Source of the DNA: Zootoca vivipara
Lineage: Eukaryota
Reading direction: 5' to 3'
Assembly: GCF_963506605.1 (NCBI RefSeq)
Contig: NC_083277.1
Span: 20,708,001 to 20,772,000 of the forward strand
Length of the DNA stretch: 64,000 nt
Part shown: positions 48,329 to 61,167 of the stretch, one piece after another
Layout: each line of letters starts with the position of its first letter
Position numbering within the stretch: position 1 is the stretch's first letter
Notes under the pieces: model-generated
What the model was told of the DNA's origin: nothing
Seen by the model: the letters and a program-made list of their open reading frames with translations, nothing else
Databases searched by the model: none
Made by a program: the position numbers and the translations under genes

Positions 48329-49626
48329 CTAGCTGACCCGGCCACACATTGCTGTGGTTCTTTCCTGTGATCCCCCCCCCTGTCCCGATCCATGACGTAT
48401 CCTGCCCCTCCTCCCTCCACCCCGGCTCATCCCTGTGTTTCAGTAGGATACCCTTTCCTCTGTTGTCCCTGGGGAGTATTGGCCCCTCCCCCATGTATCT
48501 CCATACATTGGCCCCTGCGCACGCATCGCGAACATTTCTATATATTTAGATTAAGGATCGGGAGAGAAAGTGCATGGTTGGTTTTTTTTATAAAAAAAAA
48601 AGACGCAGAGGGTTGCATTCAGTCGTAGTATATGTGAAATGGAGCGTAATAGCCCCCCTTCAGATCCCCCTGAGCCTCAGAGTCCCTCTGAGTCGAGGCG
48701 AGATACTGCGGAGAGGGCAGGTTTCATCCCTGTGTCTCCCCCCACCCTGTTCTGACCCATTACGTATCCCTGCCATAGCTGCCAAGTTTTCCCTTTTCTC
48801 GCGAGGAAGCCTATTCAGCATAAGGGAATTTCCCTTAAAAAAAGGGAGAACTTGGCAGCTATGATCCCTGCTCCCTATTCGGCCCCCCATCCCCCCCCAG
48901 GCAGGCCCCTACCTCCACTTCGCAATGTTGGGCCTTGTTGCTGGAAAAGGCCTGTTTTCAGTTGAAACAAAATAAAAATATTCCTTCCAGCAGCACCTTA
49001 AAGACCAACTAAGGTGCTGCTGGAAGGAATTTTTTTATTTCAGACGTTGTGGCTAATCCCTGTGACTGCCCCCACGTGTCCCGATCCATGATCTATTCTG
49101 TTTGTTCCCCCCCCCTCCGTGACCGGCGTATCTCATGACGTTTTGAAGGATGGTATTTATTTTTGTCTTATGGTTATTTGGTGGGGGATTTTTTGGGGGG
49201 AGGATTAAGTGGTGCTAAATTGTAAAGTAAAAACCCCTTGCCGTGCCCCCAAGTGCGTTGCTGTGGCTTATCCCCTCCCCCAGGCCTAGTGGGCGCCTAG
49301 CAGCCTGACAGGAGCCTAGGGGTCTGATAATGGCCGCCTTGGCGGTTTCAGTTGCTTGGTTGATGATGTCATTTGGTTTGTGGGTGTGGCTTAGATTTCA
49401 CAGGAAGGGAGGGGGTGGAGGAGGGTATAACGCCACTTGAGGGCGCTGTTTGACTTGGTGGAAAACCAGGTTTCTACCTGCCCAGATGCGAAATTTGAGG
49501 GATTTTTGTCCCCAACAACGCTCGGGGAGTGATCTGGATCATTGTGTCAAAATTTCAGGACAATCGGTCAAGCGGTTACGGAGAAAAGTGAGACCGACAC
49601 GATTTTTACATTTTTATATATATAGA
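48329..49626 (-). mobile_element. Non-autonomous Helitron (composite)
   Basis: Minus strand reads A|TCTATATATATAAAA ... CCACAGCAATGTGTGG hairpin-CCGGGTCAG-CTAG|T, with no TSD. Confidence 0.75.
48774..48863. mobile_element. 90-bp hAT-type MITE inside the Helitron
   Basis: TIR CATAGCTGCCAAGTT; TSD ATCCCTGC. Confidence 0.85.
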
Positions 49627-50613
49627 TAAAAGTCAATGAGAGCGATCTTAGAAATTAAGTGTGTTTTTCTGGCGTTTTTCTGTGCAGTGCAATGTTAGGA
49701 CATGCTTTCCAACCATGATGCTGGTTTGCTCCAATGTTCAGATACTCAAGGTGTTTTATATCTTCCAAGGAGAGCAGACAGGCAGGGTCCAATTGCTGAC
49801 ACATGGTGTGAAACGGCTTCACTGCTATGACGCAACACAAACAGAAGGACTTGTTACAAGTTCAGACGTTCCACAGCCGAGCATGTTTTGTAAGTTCTGG
49901 AGCTGAGGCCATGCTTGAAACGAAGCACTAGCACCTTTGAAAAAGTTAGAATGGAGAGCATCGAGCGCTGCTTTCTGCCAACTAGGTCCCACTATCTGTC
50001 TGTCTAAGCCTCTAGATATTTCGGACTACAATGCTGGAGCTGCAGGGAACTGCCGTCCAAATCATCTGGGGGGTCCCAAGTTGGTTAAGGCTGATCTAGA
50101 CTGTCTGTCTGTCTGTTTATTATTATTTATATCCCACCCTTAATCTGAAGATCACAGACAAGGGAACAACAATGCCATTAAAATACGGTAGGGCAATAAA
50201 AATCACAATTAAAAAACATAAAACCTACAGCATATCATACATATCTCCACCGAACTCCAGCAACAGATTCAATATCCGTAAACCTGTGTAAAGAAAACAC
50301 ACACACCATGTTTTGGTCTGGCATTGAAATGACAACATTGCAGACTAGGGCAGGGAGTTCCAAAGCCAGGGGGCCACCACAGAAAAAGTCCTGTTCTATG
50401 CATATGATTCCTCATGGCGCAATGTAGAGAAAGGCCTCCCAGGGCTATACTCCCAGAGTAGCGGTGGTTCTCTAAGGACAGGGAAAACTCTCCTACCAAG
50501 CCTTTCCTGATCCTTTTAGCTGGAGATGCTAGGACATTGAACCAGGATATTTTGCTTGCTATGAATGTGCTCTTCCACCGGTCTATGGTCCCAAGGAGAG
50601 CCGCCCCTGCCAA

Positions 50614-50794
50614 CAGGGCCGTCTTAAGCATATCGGGTGCCCTGGCACCGTGGTGCGACAATCCCTCCAGCGCCCCCCCTGCCCCGTTCCCCAACGTGGC
50701 TGGCTGGCGGGCGTAGCGCGGCTTCTGCGGGTGCCGCAGTGTGGCACCCCCTGGCAGCCCCGCACCACCCAGCCTTGCCCTAGGGCCGGCCCTG
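50614..50794. mobile_element. GC-rich hAT-type MITE
   Basis: TIR CAGGGCCG; perfect TSD CCTGCCAA. Confidence 0.8.
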
Positions 50795-51976
50795 CCTGCC
50801 AATAAACAAAGCGAGGCAGTTTAATATGTTACTGCTGAACTCTTGCTGTTTAAGAGCTGGAAAGTGCTTGTAGGATTCTCATCCTCAGGAGTCAATATAA
50901 CTTGACAGTCTTGAGCATTATGCATCTTGGGGTGGGGGGTGGGGGTCACTCACTGCTCTGCTAACATCCAGCAAAACATTTTGGGCTGGCCTTGGTTCCT
51001 GCTCTATAATTTATTCTCCTACAGATGCCAACTGCAATGTTTCTTATCTACAAATAAGAGGCCCTTCAGCATAAGTACCCACATAAACATCTTTCCTATG
51101 TACGTCTTCTAGCCAAAAATACACAGTTCATAGACTTGCCACATCCTCCTAGCATGGCTCTAGCTATGATCCCAGAGGAAAAATAAATTTATTTTCATTC
51201 ATTCTACATAGCTACAACATTTATGTACTGCATTTCCGCTCAACTGGCAATTTACATCAGAAGTTAAAGCAGAGCATTGCCAGAACATAAAACTGAAATG
51301 AATATTAGATGCATGATAATCCAATAGAAATGGAGTCAGGGTCCTCTTATTTTGCATTTACACTGATCTAAATTAAAATTGCCTTTCAGCCATGAAGCTC
51401 AGCCTTCCACAGCATGGTGCTTTCCAGCTGTTGTTGGACTACAGCTCCCATCATCCCTGACTGCTAGCCATGTAGCAGGGGCTGATGGGAACTGGAGTCG
51501 AGAACATCTGGAGGGCACCTGGAGGAAATGCTAGCCTAGCTAGTATCTCTAATCTACCCCATTTTTGAAGGAACAGATTTTTTGTGGTCCTAGACTCCTT
51601 TGTGGAAGGGCAGATACCAACACAATAAATGCAACAGACAAATGATATGCATGTGTTTTGTTAAGCCGTGCAAATTAAAGTTGCATAAAATATTATAGGA
51701 ATATTTTGTGATGCAGGGACAGCTGGCACCCATGGAAATGAGAAAGGAAAAGACTCCCTGGAGGAGATAAAATATGCAGTCAGCTTTACAAACCAGTATC
51801 TTGGTGTACAGTGCCTGAAAAATTTCTGTTTTCTGCCAACTTTTAGTTTTCCATTCCAGCAAACATTTGCCTTGCAGAGCTTCATTTTTGGAGTCTTTTT
51901 ATGCGCTGAGCATTCCTCCAATTTTATGCTGCCTCGTTTATTTTATGGGATTGCTTTGTTTTTAGTTATTGTAAGC

Positions 51977-52112
51977 CAGGCATCCCCAAACTTCGGCCCT
52001 CCAGATGTTTTGGACTACAATTCCCATCTTCCCTGACCACTGGTCCTGCTAGCTAGAGATCATGGGAGTTGAAGGCCAAAACATCTGGAGGGCCGCAGTT
52101 GGGGGATGCCTG
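51977..52112. mobile_element. hAT-type MITE
   Basis: TIR CAGGCATCCCC.AACT; TSD TTGTAAGC. Confidence 0.85.
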
Positions 52113-52483
52113 TTGTAAGCTGTTCTGAGTAACTCATATGCCCTGGATGCTTTCTAAATAAAATAAAACAAATATTGGGAGTATAAGGAAAGCAGTTCCC
52201 AATTTTTCAGATAATACAAAGCATTGTTGGGCACTTGCCAAAGCCTCAAGGGCGACCTCTTGAGCCCCTTCAACTTGCTATGCCCACATGCCACTGCTGC
52301 CTGTTCCTTGTCCTGTCCAAGTGAACAAGCCATGGCAGGAGCAAAGAAGAGGAGCAGCCTCCTCTTTAATCAGACCTGGTACCTTCCTGCATGCAAAACG
52401 ATGTGCTCTGCAACTGAGGGCTTATCCACATTTACCTTTTGCCCCGCACTTTCCAGGAACCGATCTGCTCCATGTCTGAGTGC

Positions 52484-52559
52484 CTTCTTCTTCTTCTTCT
52501 TCTTCTTCTTCTTCTTCTTCTTCTTCTTCTTCTTCTTCTTCTTCTTCTTCTTCTTCTTC
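52484..52559. repeat. (CTT)~25 microsatellite
   Basis: Direct read. Confidence 0.97.
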
Positions 52560-52733
52560 CCCAGAGCTTTTTCTACAAACACCTGCTGTTTAAAGCTGAA
52601 GCACAACAAACGGCAATTCGGGATTTCTGTGGATTGTCATTTGCTCTGATTCAACAGCAAATAACGGGTTTGAAAAGCTCCAGAGCAAAAATGAAGAAGA
52701 AGAAGAAGAAGAAGAAGAAGAAGAAGAAGAAGA

Positions 52734-53380
52734 CCACAAACTTGACATGAGTCAGCAGTGTGATGGTGTGATGCAGCAGCTAAAAAAGCCAATGCAATTC
52801 TGGGCTGCATCAATAGGAGTATAGCATCTAGATCAAGGGAAGTAATAGTACCACTGTATTCTGCTCTGGTCAGACCTCACCTGGAGTACTGTGTCCAGTT
52901 CTGGGCACCACAGTTCAAGAAGGATACTGACAAGCTGGAACGTGTCCAGAAGAGGGCAACCAAAATGGTCAAAGGCCTGGAAACAATGCCTTATGAGGAA
53001 CGGCTTAGGGAGCTGGGTATGTTTAGCCTGGAGAAGAGAAGGTTAAGGGGTGATATGATAGCCATGTTCAAATATATAAAAGGATGTCATATAGAGGAGG
53101 GAGAAAGGTTGTTTTCTGCTGCTCCAGAGAAGCGGACACGGAGCAATGGATTCAAACTACAAGAAAGAAGATTCCACCTAAACATTAGGAAGAACTTCCT
53201 GACAGTAAGAGCTGTTCGGCAGTGGAATTTGCTACCAAGGAGTGTGGTGGAGTCTCCTCCTTTGGAGGTCTTTAAGCAGAGGCTTGACAGGCATATGTCA
53301 AGAATGCTTTGATGGTGTTTCCTGCTTGGCAGGGGGTTGGACTGGATGGCCCTTTTGGTCTCTTCCAACTCTATGATTCT
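52734..53380 (+). mobile_element. CR1 LINE 3' fragment
   Basis: [32 protein letters not shown]...[10 protein letters not shown]; 3' end CTATGATTCT; GAA repeats on both flanks. Confidence 0.95.
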
Positions 53381-54529
53381 AAGAAGAAGAAGAGCACTTG
53401 GATATGGAGTTTTGAAGCGTGGACTGTGCCAGGGAAAATGCGGAGGAAATTTAAGTGTGGATAAGTCCCGAACCACGACGGCTTTCCCCCCAAATTGGAG
53501 GAGTGACAAGACTGATACGTTTTATGACAACTCTGCAATGTTGTCAGGTGTTACTGTCTCCACATTTGGGACTGGAGCTGGGAGTGAATGGGTTATGTCA
53601 AGCCTCCTTGCAAAGTTGTCTGTTATTATTTTCATATTGTGGTGTGCGGTTATGCAGGGAGTGGGAGGAGAAAGCTTAGGACGGAGGCAGAGTGATTCGT
53701 GATAATTGTGCCCTAGCCACTTCTATACATGATACAGTTTGCATATTCTTACCAAGCAAAAGGTTGCGTACACATTGTGCCTTTAAAGTACATTTCTTTT
53801 CCTCAAAGAATTTTTGGCACTCTAGTTTACCCTTCACGACATTTACATTTCTCAGCAACCCTTAAGTCTTTGAGGGGGGTGGTGTGCGTTGTGCTGCATA
53901 AGTGTACATGGTTTTATCTCTTAGGCTCCTGCTACAAGGTTGCAGTCCTATGCATACATACAGAATACTGAGAGCCAATGTGGTGCAGTGGTTAAATTTT
54001 TGCACTAGGACTCAAGAGACGAGGGTTCGAATCCCAGCTTGCCCAAAAAACTTGCTGGATGCCTCGGGGACAGTCACTGTTTCTCAGCCTAAATCTACCT
54101 CACAGGGTTGTTGTGTGTTTGAAATAGGGATGAGGGGAACTATGCATGCCAGGTTGCTACGTTTATTCTGGCAAAATTACAGGCAGTGCAGTACGGTTGG
54201 GGGAGATCCACCCCCCCCATCTGGTGGACGTTACAATCTACTGCCGTCTAACTGCCCTCTGGAGTTTTGTCACACGCACACCCATACCCATGAATTTGTA
54301 AATCCACCTGTGCTTTGCTACTCAGAGCTTAAATGACCCCACCCCCTCGCCATTCCCCCTCTCCTCCCATCCTCCTCCTCCTTCCTAATTGTTTAAAGTC
54401 CAATTCATGAACCAAGAACTTATACATTGACCACTAATAATGAAACATATGTTGTAGATAATTTCCCACATTTATTATGCTACTTTTGTGATATACAAAA
54501 TGACATGAGAAAACTTGGTAGAAGAAGAA

Positions 54530-54772
54530 GAAGAGTTTGGATTTGATATCCCTCTTTATCACTACCCAAAGGAGTCTCAAAGCGACCAACAATCTCCTTT
54601 CCCTTCCTCCCCCACAACAAACACTCTGTGAGGTGGGTGGGGCTGAGAGACTTCAGAGAAGTGTGACTAGCCCAAGGTCACCCAGCAGCTGCATGTGGAG
54701 GAGCAGGGAACCGAACCCAGTCCACCAGATTACGAGTCCACCGCACTTAACCACTACACCACACTGGCTCTC
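54530..54772 (-). mobile_element. tRNA-derived SINE (different family, (TTC)n tail)
   Basis: Minus-strand head GAGAGCCAGTGTGGTGTAGTGGTTAAGTG...GGGTTCGGTTCCC. Confidence 0.7.
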
Positions 54773-54934
54773 TGATATACTTGTTTGTATAACATTATTC
54801 TTGTTTATAAAACCCAATAAAAATAAATACATGATCTTCTACACATCCTTTCAAACCCATGCATTTGGAGAGGACCCCTAACTTGGAGGGGGGGGAGAGA
54901 AGACCTGGAATACAGGACAAACTCTGTCAATACA

Positions 54935-54968
<34 letters not shown>

Positions 54969-55179
54969 TATTATTATTATTATTATAATGGATGTAGCAG
55001 TAATTTATTATTTGTACCCCGCCCATCAGGCTTGGTTTCCCCAGCCACTCTGGGCGACTTCCGACAAAAAATTAAAAATACGGGCTGTAGTAGTAGTAGT
55101 AGCAATCCTACTGAACTCAATGGCAATTCTACAAAATACAGGATCGGAACTGCCACAGGGATAAATGGGCGTTCAAAAC

Positions 55180-55650
55180 AACGCCAGTAAGTGGGGGGGG
55201 GGGAGTGCGCCTACTCTAGTTGTTATCTCTACGTTCGCTATCTCTACGTTCAACTGCTGCTGCTGCTGTTGACGACGGAAGCCGGAACAGTTGTGGCCTC
55301 TCTAGGCGGGCCGGAGGCTTCTCTCTGTGCTTCGAGTCCGGACTGGCTGCGGAGGGAAAAGGAGGGTAAAGGTCGCTCGGAGTAGTTAAGCAAGAGGCAG
55401 GGCAGGACGGGGCAGGACAGGCAACCTCGCCTCCGGAGCAGCCATGGCGGAGAAGAAAGGGCCCTCCCAGGAGGCCATCAGCCCCCTGAAGAACTTCTTC
55501 GCAGGCGGCTTCGGAGGCGTCTGCTTAGTCTTCGTGGGACACCCACTGGACACCATCAAGGTGAGGAGCAGGGCGAAGGAGAGAGACCTGGCGACTACAA
55601 GCCCCAGGGCGCACCGCGCGGGTTGAGGCTCGCGAGTGAGGGGAAATCAG
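55180..55650 (+). promoter_or_regulatory. SLC25A20: CpG island / SLC25A20 promoter
   Basis: CpG-rich; tandem ETS-like CGGAAGCCGGAA at ~55276; lies around the ATG. Confidence 0.65.
55444..55560 (+). CDS. SLC25A20: SLC25A20 (carnitine/acylcarnitine translocase) coding exon 1
   Basis: GCCATGG start; [28 protein letters not shown] with the mitochondrial-carrier PxDxxK motif; donor GTGAGG. Confidence 0.96.
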
Positions 55651-57096
55651 CTGTCCTTGAACTACAACTCCCATCATCCCTGGCCGCTGGCCGTCCTGCC
55701 TGGGAATGATGGGAGTTGTAGTCCATAAAGACAACATCTAGGGATGCAAGTTTGAGAAAGGCTCGGATAGACTGGTCCATGGACTACCGCCCCCGGTATT
55801 GCACCCCCATCCCAAGAATGAATGGCATTTCGAATGGCGCGGGCTCAAAAAACTACAGCCCCCGTCATGCATCGCGCGAAGCAGAATGGGAAAAGACTTG
55901 GCAGCAACTCCCCACATACAACCAGAGCGCCCTGCACTGATGCTACAGGGAGTTCTTAGGGGAATGTCGGAAGCTGCAATGTGGTGGCTTTCAGGCTCGC
56001 CTCCTCGCAATGCAAAATTAATTTTATTTTAAATGTATGACTACTTTTTATACCACCAATCAAGTCCTCTATGCGGTTTGCAAAACTCGTGCATTTAATA
56101 ACTAAAATACAAAAGTACCTAAAAAAAAGTTATGAAAGCAACATGGACAGCATGAGCTGCTGCTGCTGTTTCCTAAAGTTAATTAAATGTTAGAAGAGCA
56201 ATGGAGCATTGCTGGTGTTGGGAACTACACTGGAAATATTTGTGTTGCTGTCTCCTTTGCAAGGGGAAGGGAAGATGCGTCTAGGCCTCTGCTAGGAGTG
56301 CCAGCTTAATTGCACACAGGTAGAGCCTTGTCAACAGGCCAGTTGTGATTTTGCAAGCTGGTTATTTGTGATAGGGCTGATGGCAACGTTGTGAAAGCCT
56401 GAGTCATAAAAAGAGATAAAAATGGTAAAATACCAGTGGTAAGATCTCTGGTCCATATTCATTGTTAATTTTCTCCTCCCTCATTTAGGCTGCAGTTTTT
56501 TGCCCAATGACCTGGGAGTAAGTTCCAATGAATTAATGGACCCTTACTTCCCAGCAGATACGGCATGAATTTTTATTGTGCATTTTGTATTCTAATTTTG
56601 TATTTTTATGTGAACTGGCAACAGCAACACCAGAAGTTATGTGGTTGGGTTATACATACATATATACACACACATATAAATATATATACACACATGCACT
56701 GAATCTGCTTTGTGTGTGGTTCTTTTTGTTCACATGGTTATGTGTTAAGTTTGTACGGTACATGCCTTTACGGCAGATCAATAAAAATTAGTATGGCTCA
56801 ACATAGCATTGCACTAGAGGTCTCTTAACCATGTATCCTGGGTGCATGGGGCATATGGTGAAATTGCTTTGGGTCATGGAATCTTTCAGCTTGGTTCTCC
56901 TAGTTATTTTCCAAACCATGGAGGTAGAACAAGATATACCTGTTCTCTGAAATGTGGTCATAGGTTATACTGTGACGTGCCTTGGGAGGAGAAGCATTAG
57001 GGAGGCCAATCTTGATAAAATATATTTGTTCCCAGTCATTTTTCAAGCCCTTGGGATTTCTACACTAGAGGAGAATTTGGTACAGGGTACTGAATG

Positions 57097-57454
57097 GGTG
57101 ACACGGGTGGCGCTGTGGGTTAAACCACAGAGCCTAGAGCTTGCTGATCAGAAGGTCGGCGGTTTGAATCCCCATGACGGGGTGAGCTCCCGTTGCTTGG
57201 TCCCAGCTCCTGCCAACCTAGCAGTTCGAAAGCATGTCAGAGTGCAAGTAGATAAATAGGTACCGCTCCGGCAGGAAAGTAAATGGTGTTTCCGTGCGCT
57301 GCTCTGGTTCTCTAGAAGCGGCTTTGTCATGCTGGCCACATGACCTGGAAGCTGTACACCGGCTCCCTCGGCCAATAAAGCGAGATGAGCGCCGCAACCC
57401 CAGAGTCGTCCGTGACTGGACCTAATGGTCAGGGGTCCTTTTACCCTTTACCTT
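57097..57454 (+). mobile_element. Sauria SINE in SLC25A20 intron 1
   Basis: Family match; TSD TACTGAATG. Confidence 0.92.
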
Positions 57455-58815
57455 TACTGAATGCAGCATCTTCTAAGAATTTTAGTTCGCTTTTCTTTTC
57501 TTTTTTAAAGCAAAGTTCTAACCCTTACAGCTGTGAAAATAGGTTTTGAAAGTATATGGGTGAGATCACAGAACTGGGAGAGGGCAGCTGAAGAGTAATG
57601 TAATGGTTTGTGCAGGATTAAACCTAGAGTTCCCCAGGTTCAAATCCCCATTCAGCCGTACAACCTTGCCTAATTGTTGTGAAGATACAATGGATAGATC
57701 AGGGAAGAGCTGCACATACAGCCTTGAGGTCTCTAGAGGAGATAAATGTATGAGCGGTTAAGAAGTAGGATTTTCAGGCTGTGCTCTCCATCGCTTCCCA
57801 GCGTCCTTCCCCACGACCTGTTTGCACAAAGCAAATATGTGCAAATGGGCTTTTCCAGCTTTTTCTTAGTCCAGATTTCTGCCAACAGCAGAATGTTTCT
57901 GCTTGCAGTGTCACAGTGCCTTCTCATCTACCAGTTTATAATGTTCTGTCTCTCCTCCTTGCAGGTTTGCAACCTGGATGAAACCTCTTTAATCCTGTTT
58001 TTTATAGTCCCGTTTCCAGTGTATTTTTTGTCTTAATCGGATGAGTTGGAAGTTCTTGATCTTGTGAAACCAAGGACAATGGACTTTGCCTTTGTATGCT
58101 CCCTCCTGCTAATCATTAGATCAGGAGATTCTAGCATACTGTTTTAAACAGGGCAGATATCAAAAGGAGCGTGGAGGACTTGCCCTTTGTATGCTGGCTT
58201 GGTCACACACAGAATTGAGAAGAATGTGGTCAGTGGAGGAATTCTTGTACCCCAGAACTTCCCCAAACTGAACTGATACACTGCCCTAGCCCAGGCAAAA
58301 TCAATAGTTTTAATACAAAGGAAGCTTCATTATACTGAATCAGACCATTGGTAGCAGCTGTCCAGGGTTTCTGGCACAAGTCTTTCTCTTTTTTTCAAAA
58401 AATAAAATAAAAAATATTAAGTTTTTTAAAAGAAATTTTTGTACATATAAAACAATGATTTTTTTAAAAAAGTAATTTTTATTCATTTTCAAACAAACAA
58501 TACAAACATATAATCACACAAAAATACACAATACAAAAAGAAAAAAAGAACAAAAACATTAAAAGATTCTTTTTTCTTTTCTAACTTTAACAATATTAAA
58601 TGACTTCCCTTGATCTCTTCCTTCTGAGTTTCACTTTAAACCATCTTTAGCAGTTTAATTATTCACATTCCTTCCATAACGATTTTAAACATTAAAATAC
58701 CGAGTTCTTTCAAACCCTTCAACCACCTTCCCTCCCTCCATAGGTTCCTTCTTTAAGATTAAGTTTACTGCATCTTTTACCCTTATCTAGCTTATATAAC
58801 CATAATTATCATTAG

Positions 58816-58985
58816 ATCTGTCCTTCCAGTGAGCACTCAGGGCTGATTTCCTTCAGAATGGATAGGTTTGATCTTCTCGCAGTCCATGGGATTCTCAAGA
58901 GTCTTCTTCAGCACCATAATTCAAAAGCATCCATTCTTCGGCAATCAGCCTTCTTTATGGTCCAGCTCTCCCTTCCATACATCAC
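58816..58985 (-). mobile_element. BovB internal fragment
   Basis: Reverse complement matches GTGATGTATGGAAG...GGAAGGACAGATC of the other copies, with an internal deletion. Confidence 0.8.
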
Positions 58986-59829
58986 ATATTGAAATACTGC
59001 CCCTCAATGAGGCCAAACTTAGATTCACAAAATGTTTATGGGTATGCGTACCCCCAGAAAAAAAGCACTGATGATGATAGTGCTTAACCTTCCTAGGATC
59101 CTCAGCATTAACCTGCATCAGGTCAGGCTGGGAGACTCTGAACCAGCAGTGATTGTTGGTACATCAGTGGAAATCCTAATCTCCCCTGATTATCCAGCAT
59201 CAGGCATTCAAAGCTGGCGCTCATCTTGACAGGAAACTGAGTGAGACAGATGGTAGTCCTAGAGAGGACTAGGTTCTCACTGACCATTGAGCCTGTTTTG
59301 GTATTGAACTGACTGCCCAAGTGAGCACAGCTGAGAGAGATCATCTCCCAGCTCATCACCTTAGGTCTCAGTAATACAGAGCATGTTAGCCGCCTCATCC
59401 AGAAATCTACATGAATCCTTAATCTCCCAGGACTGAGTTTCAGGAGATCCTGCCCTTAGGCTCTGGCCCAACCTTGACAGAGGAAGGCTGTTTCTTTGGC
59501 TTATTTTGTATGTTATCTCTGCAGTTCTTATTCAGCCATATAATTAGCCGAAGGTCTGTCAGTCCCAATTTATTAGGCCACCAAACAAGCCAACTGCCAC
59601 CCCTCAATCCCATTACACAGCACTCTTATTTCATCAGGTAAGGGGTGGATTTGAAGACGGAAAACATGAGGGTCATGTGATGGGTTAGGAGTAAGGTGCC
59701 TGAGGGAATCAGAGCTATGGGTGGGTGGCTAGCTGTCTCTATTAGAAATTTCCTAATAAAAAGGGCCACATAATAAGAGAGAATGTTTGCATTCATTGCA
59801 TTCCCTCCCCGCTTCAATTTGTTTTGCAG

Positions 59830-59922
59830 GTCAGGCTACAGACTCAACCGAAACCTTTGCCTGGGAAGCCTGCACTCTACTCTGGGACCTTTGACTGCTT
59901 CAGAAAGACTCTCGTCGCTGAG
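59830..59922 (+). CDS. SLC25A20: SLC25A20 exon 2: [31 protein letters not shown]
   Basis: ttgcAG and GTATTG boundaries, 93 bp. Confidence 0.95.
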
Positions 59923-61167
59923 GTATTGTGTCAGTTCAATTGTGATGCCTGTCAGAAACATCACTTGCTTCTCCAAATCAAATTGTGTCAGAGTGATGTC
60001 TTGCTGAAGATGGAGAGCTGCTTGGGTTATCAGATCAAATGACTCATGCTCAAGTGACTCAATGGGAAATTTATTTTTTGACAGGAGAACTAGTTAGCTA
60101 TAAAGGTGAAAGGTAATTGTCCAACTCCTAAGCACATTTAATTGTGAAATTGTGACACCTGACATTTCGGGGCTGTTTGCACAGTGGCCTGGTTTGCACT
60201 TCATGATAAGGTTTATTGTGTTGTGCCCAACCCTTAGGCTCCTCCCTGCTCCCCTTGTCTTCTGTGATTGGAACAAGGACTGTAGATGCATTTTGCTTTT
60301 GGTAAAACACAACTTCCTATTTTTCCCAAACCGGGGGTCTTGAATTACGCTAACTCTGGTTTGATTAAACTAACCAGCTTCATAACCTATGGATTTGGCC
60401 TGTTTTGAAACAGTAGTGTCCATCTGCAATCCCAGGTTTGGCTGGAATGGGAAGTAATGGCTTACTAAAAGTGAAATTAAATGCTCCTGAATGCTTCTGT
60501 CCAGCAACACAGAAGGTGGAAGGAGAAGTGCAGAAATCTAAAGCTCACGGCAACTGGTGCACATCACGATAAACCATGGTTTATTTGATGTGTGACTATG
60601 GCTGCTACATTCAACACATGTACAATCTGTGTACACGTCATGGTTTTTCTGTAGCCATGCGTGGTTTTTTATGTGTAATTTATACAAGTGCTTTTAGGGG
60701 CTTTCTGGATGTTATCCCAGAATCCTTTTGCCATTCCTTTACCTTAAAGAAAGTAGGGAAGAATATTGTAACCCTTTCATTACTGCATTGTTATTAATTA
60801 TAGTTCCGAAATCTATAGCTCCATGCTCTACCTCCTCCTCTTCCAATTTCTACAGCAAATTTGCCCTTCTTTCCCACTGTCCTCTTTAACAGTGGTTGAA
60901 TGTTACATCTGCACCACCTCTAACCGTGGTTAATGCCAACTAGATTCCCTCTTAATCTGTTTCAAATCCTTGTTAAGATGGGAATGCCAAGTTCTGGTTA
61001 AGACCGGGAAAGGGAGTAGTTGTTTCTGCCAAACCTTGTTCTTAGGTCACCACTGTGATTTGTTTGAGTGAAAGGAACCACCACGCCGGATCAGATATAG
61101 TGCGGTTTGTACAGCCGAGCACAAAGCGGATGCAATTGGCTCATGCACGATAAACCATGGTTTATGT

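Noticed and set aside
52370-52750. Poly-K, poly-F and poly-L ORFs
   Set aside because: These are translations of the CTT/GAA microsatellites.
58390-58810. Possible L1 3'UTR on the minus strand
   Set aside because: The composition is suggestive, but I found no coding remnant or TSD to support it.
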